26,469 nt of DNA from Candidatus Fervidifonticultor quintus (lineage in GTDB: Bacteria > Sysuimicrobiota > Sysuimicrobiia > Sysuimicrobiales > Humicultoraceae), in contig JAVKIJ010000043.1 in NCBI GenBank assembly GCA_031459535.1, positions 1 to 26,469 of the forward strand, written 5' to 3'. Position numbers and translations under genes: made by a program. Below are positions 20,365 through 26,469 of this stretch, piece after piece. Below the pieces are notes generated by a model. The model did no database searches, had not been told where the DNA came from, and worked only from the letters and a program-made list of their open reading frames with translations. The first letter of the stretch is position 1. The number at the start of each line of letters is the position of its first letter.

Positions 20365-21587
20365 GCCGCCGCCCCTCCGCGCATGGACTGATCCAGCAGC
20401 TCGAGGATGTCCCGCACGACCATCTTGCCTTCGTTGCCGGTAGACTTCAGGGAGTCCTCGAAGCGTGAGCTCTCGAAGGGGCAAGCCACGGCCAGGATGC
20501 CGGCGCCCGTGGCCAGGGCGTGACCGATCCGGCGGTCCGAGAGTCGTTCGTTGGCGGCCTGCCAGATCACCGTGTCCAGCCACATGCCGCCCCCTCCGCC
20601 GCCGCAGCACAGGGCGTTCTCCCGGCTGAAGGCCATCTCCACCAGGCTGACGCCCGGGATGGCCCGCAGCAGCGCCCGCGGCGCGTCGTAGAGCCCGCAC
20701 ATGCGGCCCAGGCAGCAGTTATCGTGGTACGTCACCTTCGCCTCGACGCGATGGGTCAACAGCGGCTTCAGCGCATCCAGGCGCTCCGCCAGGAACTGGA
20801 CGTAGTGCTTGACCGGATAGCGCTTTCCCAAGGTGGGGTAGACGCGGGTCAGCGAGTTGTAGGCGTGGGGATCGCTGGTGATGATCTCCCGGTACTCGTA
20901 CTTCTCGAGCAACGACGCGTTGTGCTCGACCAGGCTCTCGAACAAGCCCTTCTCCCCCGCCAGGCGCTCGCAGTCACCGATGCAGCGCTCCTCGGGCCCG
21001 AGGATGGCGAAGTCGACGCCCAGTGCGCGCAGGATCCGCGCCATGGCCTGGGACTGCACCATGTTGCGAGGGTGATACGACGGATAGCACTCCACGAGCC
21101 AGAGGACGTCGAACGGGCGGCGCAGCTGGGAGGCCACCGGGACAGGCACGCCGGCGCCCTTGGTCCACTCCAGTCGCTTGCGAGGGCCCTCGCCCAGGGA
21201 GTTGCCGTAGCGATACGTGTTGTCCAGCGCCCGCTTGAACTCCCCGGGGAGCTTGAGACCGGCATTGATGGCCGCGTCGCGTAGCGCCGGGAACAGGATG
21301 TCGGTGATCTTCAGGCCGGTGGGACAGCGCGCCGTGCAGTTGTAGCACGAGACGCACAGCCAGAGCGTGTTGCTCTCGAGGACGCGGTCCAGCAGGCCCT
21401 CTCTAGCCAGATAGATGGCCTTTCGGGGGGTATACTCCATGGCGAAGGCCAGCGGGCAGGCCCCCCCGCACACCCCACACTGAATGCACGGATTGAATGC
21501 TTTCCGCCAGTCCGGCAGGGACCCAAGAAACAACGAGGCGTGCGCGTCCCCCCTTGACGCAGCACCGTGCTGGTCGGCCGTCACCAT
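20361..21587 (-). CDS. Soluble HdrD/GlcF-like protein: HdrC-like 2x[4Fe-4S] domain + CCG domains
   Basis: CIQCGVCGGACP, LWLCVSCYNCTARCP, YHDNCCLGR, LCCGGGGG and ACPF. GGGAGG RBS upstream. No TM segment. Confidence 0.88.
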   Translation of the reverse strand: MVTADQHGAASRGDAHASLFLGSLPDWRKAFNPCIQCGVCGGACPLAFAMEYTPRKAIYLAREGLLDRVLESNTLWLCVSCYNCTARCPTGLKITDILFPALRDAAINAGLKLPGEFKRALDNTYRYGNSLGEGPRKRLEWTKGAGVPVPVASQLRRPFDVLWLVECYPSYHPRNMVQSQAMARILRALGVDFAILGPEERCIGDCERLAGEKGLFESLVEHNASLLEKYEYREIITSDPHAYNSLTRVYPTLGKRYPVKHYVQFLAERLDALKPLLTHRVEAKVTYHDNCCLGRMCGLYDAPRALLRAIPGVSLVEMAFSRENALCCGGGGGGMWLDTVIWQAANERLSDRRIGHALATGAGILAVACPFESSRFEDSLKSTGNEGKMVVRDILELLDQSMRGGAAA

Positions 21588-21656
21588 AGTGTCGCCTCCC
21601 GGAGAGTGTCCCGCGGTGCTCTAATCCCCCCCGACCCCCTGCGGAGGCTCCCTCAC

Positions 21657-21730
21657 TCCCATTTCACGCCAGTCGGCCGGGATTGAGAATACGGTACCGC
21701 CCTTATCCTCGAGTGGGAGGAAGTGCCCAT
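21657..21730 (-). promoter_or_regulatory. Candidate activator-dependent promoter of the hdrD-etf-hdr-mvh operon
   Basis: On the minus strand, an imperfect inverted repeat TAAGGGCGGTACCGTA (21705-21690) is followed by a 23-nt spacer and TGAAAT-GGGA (21666-21657). A second GGG..CCC element lies at 21730-21713. The geometry matches 25837-25908. Confidence 0.35.
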
Positions 21731-21866
21731 GCCGCCCGGCCGCCTGACGGCGCCTCGGACCGAAGCCCTAGGGTCGCCGCCCGACGCCTGCCATGCGCAG
21801 ATTCAGTGGGAGAGCGGCCGCCAGCCTCCAGGTGGCCGGTCGGTGCTGCGGCGGCGCCACGCGCCA

Positions 21867-21875
21867 TGGTATTAT
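21867..21875 (+). promoter_or_regulatory. Candidate extended -10 promoter element for the acyl-CoA synthetase gene
   Basis: TGGTATTAT matches TGnTATAAT with one mismatch. It is an AT-rich island about 90 bp upstream of ATG21967. Confidence 0.5.
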
Positions 21876-21966
21876 CTGTCGGCGGCCCCGCCGCCCGGGC
21901 GGTCTGCCCGGGGCTGCCTCGGGGCCCGACGAAAGGCAAGAGGATAAGGACCGGGAGCCCCCAGCG

Positions 21967-24081
21967 ATGCGTGACCTCTCAGCGTTGACCCAGCCGCAGA
22001 CCGTGGCCGTGATCGGCGCGTCCCGCGACCCGTCCAAGGTCGGCCATGCCATTTTCCGCAACATCCTGGCCGGTGGGTTTCAGGGCGCGGTCCACCCGGT
22101 CAACCCCAGCGCCCGCGCCATCGGCGGCGTGCGCGCGTACCGCTCGGTGCAGGACGTGCCGGACCCCGTGGACCTGGCCGTGGTCATCACCCCGGCGCCC
22201 ACGGTGGCCGGGGTGCTGGACGAGTGCGGAAGGGCCGGCGTGCGCGGCGTGGTGGTGATCTCCGGCGGCTTTCGGGAGGTCGGCGGCGAGGGTCACCACC
22301 GCGAGGAAGAGGTACGTGGGGCGGTGGCTCGCTGGGGCTTCGCGCTGATCGGCCCCAACTGCCTGGGCGTGATCAATACGGCGGGGGAGGTGCGCCTCAA
22401 CGCCACGTTTGCCGGCAAGATCCCCCTGACGGGGAATATCGGGTTCATCTCCCAGTCCGGTGCGCTCACGGCGGCCGCCCTCGACTACGCCGCCTCGAAG
22501 CGCATTGGATTCTCCAAGGTCTTCAACCTGGGCAACAAGGCCGATGTCACCGAGCTCGATCTGCTCGAGCTGCTGGCGGCCGATCGCGCCACCTCGGTGA
22601 TCCTTCTCTATGTGGAGGAGTTGTCCGAAGGTCGCCGCTTCATTGAGACAGCGCGGGCCATCAGCGAGCAGCAGCCGCCCAAGCCCATCCTCGTGCTCAA
22701 AGCCGGGCGTACGCCCGCGGGCGCGCGCGCCGTCTCGAGCCACACCGGGTCGCTGGCCGGGAGCGACGAAGTCTACCAGGCCATCTTCGCCCAGGCAGGC
22801 GTGCTGCGGGCCGAGAGCATCGAGGAGCTGTTCGACTATGCGGCGGCATTCTCGCGCCAGCCGCTACCGGCCGGCCGGCGCGTGGCGATCGTGACCAACG
22901 CCGGTGGTCCGGGCATCCTGGCCACCGACGCGTGCGTGCGCCAGGGGCTGGAGCTGGCCAGGCTCTCTGGGGCGACCGTGGAGGCCGTGCGGCGCGTGGC
23001 TCCTCGCGAAGCGTCCGTTGCCAACCCGGTGGACATCATCGGTGATGCCGATGACCGCCGGTACGACGCCACGCTCGAGGCCGTCCTGTCGGATGGCGGG
23101 GTGGACGCGGCGATCGTCCTGGTGACGCGCCAGGCCACCATTGATGTGGAGGCCACCGCGGACGCCGTGGTGCGCCGCTCACGCGCATCGGGCAAGCCGG
23201 TTCTGGCGTCGTTCGTCGGCGCGCTGGCGGTGGAGGCCGGCGTCGCGCGCCTGGAAGACGGCGGAATTCCCCACTACTCGTTCCCCGAGGCGATCGCCCG
23301 GACACTGGCCGCCATGGTGCGCTATCGGTCGTGGATGACGCGGCCGCGCACCGGGTACCGCACCTTCGACGATGTGGACCGCGCCCGTGCTCGCGCCATC
23401 GTGGAGCGCGCACCGTCTGGGTTTCTGCTCGAGTCCGCGGCGCTGGAGCTGCTGGAGGCCTACCGGTTCCCCGTGCTGTCGTGGCGTGTGGCCTCCAGCC
23501 CCGAAGAAGCCGCCCAGCGCGCGTCTGAGATCGGCTTCCCGGTGGCCCTCAAGGTGCTCTCTCCGGAGATCATCCACAAGGTGGACGTAGACGGCGTCCG
23601 GCTCCACCTGGCCACGCCCGGGCAGGTCGCCGACGCCTACGAGGCCATGATGCAGGCCGTGCGCCGATACCGGCCACAGGCCGCGCTGCACGGCGTGCTG
23701 GTGCAGACCATGGCCCAGCGGGGTCGCGAGGTCATCCTCGGCCTCACCCGCGATCCCCAGTTCGGCCCCGTGCTGGTCTTCGGGCTGGGCGGGATCTACG
23801 TCGAGGTGCTCCGGGACGTGTCCTTCAGGCTCGCACCGATCCGCGAGTACAGCGCCTGGCGCATGGTGGAGGACACCAAGACCTCGGCGATCCTGCGGGG
23901 CGTGCGCGGCGAGCCGCCCTCCGACCTGGACGCGCTGGTCACCTGCCTGCTGCGTCTCTCCCAGCTGGCGGTCGAGTGCCCCGAGGTCGCCGAGCTGGAC
24001 ATCAATCCCCTCTTCGCCTACGCGCAGGGCCACGGCGCGGCGGTGGCCGACGTCAGGATCCGGATCGAGCCGCCGGGCTAG
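21967..24081 (+). CDS. ADP-forming acyl-CoA (acetate-CoA) synthetase, fused alpha-beta (ACD family)
   Basis: VAVIGASRDPSKVG, LIGPNCLG, ISQSGAL, LGNKADV, phospho-His SSHTGSLAG, TNAGGPG, NPVDIIGDA, ATP-grasp GFPVALK..IIHKVDVDGV, DPQFGPVLVFGLGGIYVE and ELDINPL. No GNAT domain. Confidence 0.92.
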   Translation: MRDLSALTQPQTVAVIGASRDPSKVGHAIFRNILAGGFQGAVHPVNPSARAIGGVRAYRSVQDVPDPVDLAVVITPAPTVAGVLDECGRAGVRGVVVISGGFREVGGEGHHREEEVRGAVARWGFALIGPNCLGVINTAGEVRLNATFAGKIPLTGNIGFISQSGALTAAALDYAASKRIGFSKVFNLGNKADVTELDLLELLAADRATSVILLYVEELSEGRRFIETARAISEQQPPKPILVLKAGRTPAGARAVSSHTGSLAGSDEVYQAIFAQAGVLRAESIEELFDYAAAFSRQPLPAGRRVAIVTNAGGPGILATDACVRQGLELARLSGATVEAVRRVAPREASVANPVDIIGDADDRRYDATLEAVLSDGGVDAAIVLVTRQATIDVEATADAVVRRSRASGKPVLASFVGALAVEAGVARLEDGGIPHYSFPEAIARTLAAMVRYRSWMTRPRTGYRTFDDVDRARARAIVERAPSGFLLESAALELLEAYRFPVLSWRVASSPEEAAQRASEIGFPVALKVLSPEIIHKVDVDGVRLHLATPGQVADAYEAMMQAVRRYRPQAALHGVLVQTMAQRGREVILGLTRDPQFGPVLVFGLGGIYVEVLRDVSFRLAPIREYSAWRMVEDTKTSAILRGVRGEPPSDLDALVTCLLRLSQLAVECPEVAELDINPLFAYAQGHGAAVADVRIRIEPPG

Positions 24082-24105
24082 CGTGTGCCCCCTTGTCCTT
24101 CACCT

Positions 24106-25155
24106 ATGGCCAGCATCCGCCGCGTGCTGAGGCGTCTGGGGCGCGCGCCGTTGCTGTACAAGATCCTCGGGGCCAACGCCGCCATCGTGGTGGCGGGCGC
24201 CGTGGCGGGCACCAGCATCTCGCTGGCGCACGGCGCCCGGCACCCCGGCGCCCTCCACTACGACCTGATCGCGGCCTTCGCGGCAGCCGGCATAGGCGCC
24301 AGCCTGCTCGTCAACTTCCTGGTCCTGCGGGCGGTGCTGCGGCCACTGGACCACCTGCAGCGAGCGGTGGACGAGGTGCGGGCCGGGCGCCGCGGTGTGC
24401 GCGTGCACCGCCACGGTCCTTCCGACGAGCGCTTCGACCACCTGATCGACACCTTCGACCGGATGATCGCCACCGTCGAAGATCACGCGGAACGGCTGCG
24501 CCGGCTGCCCGGCCAGATCCTCCGGGCACAGGAGGAGGAGCGCCGGCGGATCGCCCGCGAACTGCACGACGAGGCCGCTCAGTCCATCACGACGCTGCTG
24601 GTCAGGTTGCGGCTGTTAGAACAGGCCGAGACACCCCAGGTGGCAGCGGCGCGCATCCGCGAGCTGCGCGAGCTCACCGTGCGCGCCCTGGAGGATGTGC
24701 GTCGCATCGCCGTAGAGTTGCGGCCCTCGGTGCTGGATGACCTGGGGCTCCGGGACGCGCTGCACGCCCACATCGATGCCCTCAACGCCCAGGGTGGGAC
24801 TCGAGTCCAGTTCACCGCGGATGCGCTGGACGGCCGCCTGCCACCCGAGGTGGAACTGGCGCTGTATCGGGTGGCGCAAGAAGCGCTGACCAACGTGCGC
24901 CGGCACGCGCGGGCTTCGCAGGCCGAGGTGCACCTGCGCTGGATCGGGGACAGCATCGTGCTCGAGGTCGCCGACAACGGGGTGGGGTTCGATCCTGCCC
25001 ATCCCCGCCTCGAAACCGATGGTCTTGGCCTGGCCGGCATGCGGGAGCGCATGGCCCTCATCGGCGGTGACCTGGTGGTGCAGTCTGCGCCTGGCCGGGG
25101 CACGGTGGTCGTCGCCCGGGTGGACCTGGCCCGGTGGCGGTCGCGCCATGGCTGA
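24106..25155 (+). CDS. NarX/UhpB-type sensor kinase (2 TM, HAMP, HisKA_3, HATPase); start may be 24085
   Basis: Two TM helices with a short loop, HAMP, QEEERRRIARELHDEAAQ, LRPSVLDDLGL, QEALTNVRRHA, DNGVGF and GLGLAGMRER. Confidence 0.92.
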   Translation: MASIRRVLRRLGRAPLLYKILGANAAIVVAGAVAGTSISLAHGARHPGALHYDLIAAFAAAGIGASLLVNFLVLRAVLRPLDHLQRAVDEVRAGRRGVRVHRHGPSDERFDHLIDTFDRMIATVEDHAERLRRLPGQILRAQEEERRRIARELHDEAAQSITTLLVRLRLLEQAETPQVAAARIRELRELTVRALEDVRRIAVELRPSVLDDLGLRDALHAHIDALNAQGGTRVQFTADALDGRLPPEVELALYRVAQEALTNVRRHARASQAEVHLRWIGDSIVLEVADNGVGFDPAHPRLETDGLGLAGMRERMALIGGDLVVQSAPGRGTVVVARVDLARWRSRHG

Positions 25156-25810
25156 CCCGATCCGCATCGTCCTGGCCGACGACCATCCGGTGCTGCGCAC
25201 CGGGCTGCGTACGCTGCTGGAGCAGGAGCCCGACATGACCGTGGTGGGCGAGGCCGGCGACGGCCACGAGGCCGTGGCCCTGGCGCAGCGCCTGCGTCCC
25301 GACGTGGTCATCATGGACATCAGCATGCCCGGGCTGGATGGTCTGGAGGCCACGCGCCAGATCCGCGCTGCCGGACTAGCTACCGGGGTGCTCATTCTCA
25401 CCGTGCACGCCCAGGAGCGCTATCTGTTCCCCGTGCTCCGGGCCGGGGCGTCCGGCTATCTCAACAAGACCGCCGCCGACACCGAACTGGTACAGGCGGT
25501 GCGTACCGTGGCCTCGGGCGGCGCGTTTCTGCGTCCCGCGGACACGCGGCGCCTGCTAGAGGACTTCGTGGCGGGAGTGCAGTCGGGCGAAGAGCGCGAC
25601 AGCTACGACCGACTCAGCGATCGCGAGCGCGAGGTGCTGAAGCTGGTGGCCGTGGGCCACACCGCCCGCGAGATCGCCGAACAGCTCAACATCAGCCCCA
25701 AGAGCGTCGAGACGTACCGCGCCCGCATCATGGAGAAACTGGAACTCTCGACGCGGGCTGACTTGGTCCGCTATGCGCTGCGCCGGGGGCTCCTGACCGG
25801 GGAGGCCTGA
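25148..25810 (+). CDS. NarL/FixJ-family response regulator (REC + LuxR HTH)
   Basis: Start is ATG25148 (MADPIRIVLADDH), overlapping the kinase end. Motifs are MDISMP, GASGYLNK and LSDREREVLKLVAVG..IAEQLNISPKSVETYRARIMEKL. Confidence 0.95.
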   Translation: MADPIRIVLADDHPVLRTGLRTLLEQEPDMTVVGEAGDGHEAVALAQRLRPDVVIMDISMPGLDGLEATRQIRAAGLATGVLILTVHAQERYLFPVLRAGASGYLNKTAADTELVQAVRTVASGGAFLRPADTRRLLEDFVAGVQSGEERDSYDRLSDREREVLKLVAVGHTAREIAEQLNISPKSVETYRARIMEKLELSTRADLVRYALRRGLLTGEA

Positions 25811-25836
25811 TCCTCGGTCCGGCACCCGAACCCCTG

Positions 25837-25908
25837 TCGGGGAAATTCCCGCGCCAAGTCTGGGAGATCTCCCGATTTCACGCTGCCGGTTCCTGCCGCA
25901 GGATGGGA
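25837..25908 (+). promoter_or_regulatory. Tandem palindromic operator boxes and candidate -10 element, probably a NarL/LuxR-type activated promoter
   Basis: TCGGGGAAATTCCCGC (25837-25852) and CTGGGAGATCTCCCGA (25860-25875, perfect core GGGAGATCTCCC) are 23 bp apart. CAGGAT-GGGA begins 23 nt after the second box. The site is directly downstream of a NarL-family gene. Confidence 0.55.
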
Positions 25909-25922
25909 ACTGGTGAGCGCCC

Positions 25923-26342
25923 GTGGCGTTCCGCATCCTGCTCGCTGCCGGGCACGACGACTACCGCCGCAGCCTCCGTGAGCTGATCGAAGCGGCCAGG
26001 GCCCTGTTGCCCGTGCCCCTCGAGGTGGACGAGGCGGCATCGGTGGAGGGAGCTCGCGAGCGGCTTGCCTCTGCGGCCACCGACGCCCTGCTGGTGGATT
26101 GGAGCCTGGCTGGTGCCGACACGCTGGCTGCGGTGCGGGGTCTGCTCGCCGAGCATCCCGATCTCCGGGTGCTGGTACTGATCCCGGACGTCCGCCGCCA
26201 GTACCGTGAGGCGGCCTGGAGCGTCGGGGCCTGCGCCTGCGTGCCGCGTGAGCGCATCGACCCCGAATGGCTGCAGGCGATGCTGTGCGTGATGAGTCGC
26301 GCCAAGGAACGCGAGGCGCGGGCGCACCGGCGGGTGGAGTGA
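25923..26342 (+). CDS. Atypical single-domain receiver protein
   Basis: Receiver-like pattern RILLA..RRSLRELI..EAASVEGA..ALLVDWSL..HPDLRVLVL..AAWSVGACACVP. The acidic pair and conserved Lys are degenerate. Confidence 0.7.
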   Translation: MAFRILLAAGHDDYRRSLRELIEAARALLPVPLEVDEAASVEGARERLASAATDALLVDWSLAGADTLAAVRGLLAEHPDLRVLVLIPDVRRQYREAAWSVGACACVPRERIDPEWLQAMLCVMSRAKEREARAHRRVE

Positions 26343-26469
26343 TGACCGAAAGACCGAGGCCCATGCCGGTGCGCTTGGGCGCATCCATTGCGGCTGCCGT
26401 CGTGGTCCTAGTGGGGTTGGCGGTGGGGGTGGCGGCGCCGCCAGCGCCGTCCGCGCCGGCCCGCAGCGG
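26342..26469 (+). CDS. 5' end of a putative exported or membrane-anchored protein (truncated by the window edge)
   Basis: ATG26342 overlaps the previous stop (TGATG). It reads MTERPRPMPVRLGASIAAAVVVLVGLAVGVAAPPAPSAPARS, a basic n-region plus hydrophobic h-region, and is open to the window end. Confidence 0.6.
   Translation, partial: MTERPRPMPVRLGASIAAAVVVLVGLAVGVAAPPAPSAPARS

Noticed and set aside
21880-21960. Riboswitch (c-di-GMP-like GAAAGGCAA) or terminator in the acd leader
   Set aside because: Only a GC hairpin (CCGGGC-GGTCT-GCCCGG) and a short match are present. The rest of the riboswitch consensus and any U-tract are missing. An Rfam/Infernal scan would settle it.
4897-21966. N-terminal extensions in the ORF track (SBP to 6432, hdrB to 9136, receiver to 10429, kinase to 13443, mvhG to 14516, etfB to 20700, acd from 21793)
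   Set aside because: They overlap neighbouring genes or a promoter region and are Arg/Gly/Pro-rich noise. Internal starts fit family N-termini and mostly have an RBS or ATGA coupling.
21967-24081. Protein lysine acetyltransferase Pat/PatZ
   Set aside because: There is no GNAT domain and the catalytic phospho-His is retained.

Overview
This is a very GC-rich bacterial window, fully coding apart from two short regulatory gaps; the taxon cannot be assigned from the sequence alone. Its core is a tightly packed minus-strand cluster (21587->2222, 17 genes, no gap over about 25 bp). The order is: soluble HdrD/GlcF-like Fe-S/CCG protein, etfB, etfA, membrane cytochrome-b/Fe-S/CCG oxidoreductase (HdrF/EMO-like), hdrA, mvhD, mvhG, three signalling genes (Cache-HAMP sensor kinase, receiver-kinase hybrid, single receiver), hdrC, hdrB, mvhA (group 3c [NiFe]-hydrogenase), a maturation protease, and an Fe3+/2-AEP-family ABC transporter. 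Divergent from it are an ADP-forming acyl-CoA synthetase, a NarX/NarL-type two-component pair, an atypical receiver, and the start of an exported protein. At the left end is a disrupted hybA/hybB-like pair (Tat-exported polyferredoxin plus NrfD-type membrane subunit) with three frameshifts and one in-frame TAG. The most notable points are four: the ETF/HdrF/HdrD module is coupled to Hdr-Mvh in one apparent operon; a signalling module with no DNA-binding output sits between mvhG and hdrC; both ETF-partner proteins have Cys->Asp/Glu changes in their CCG domains; and two intergenic regions share a NarL-type box/promoter geometry. All protein calls are from motif recognition by eye, without database searches.
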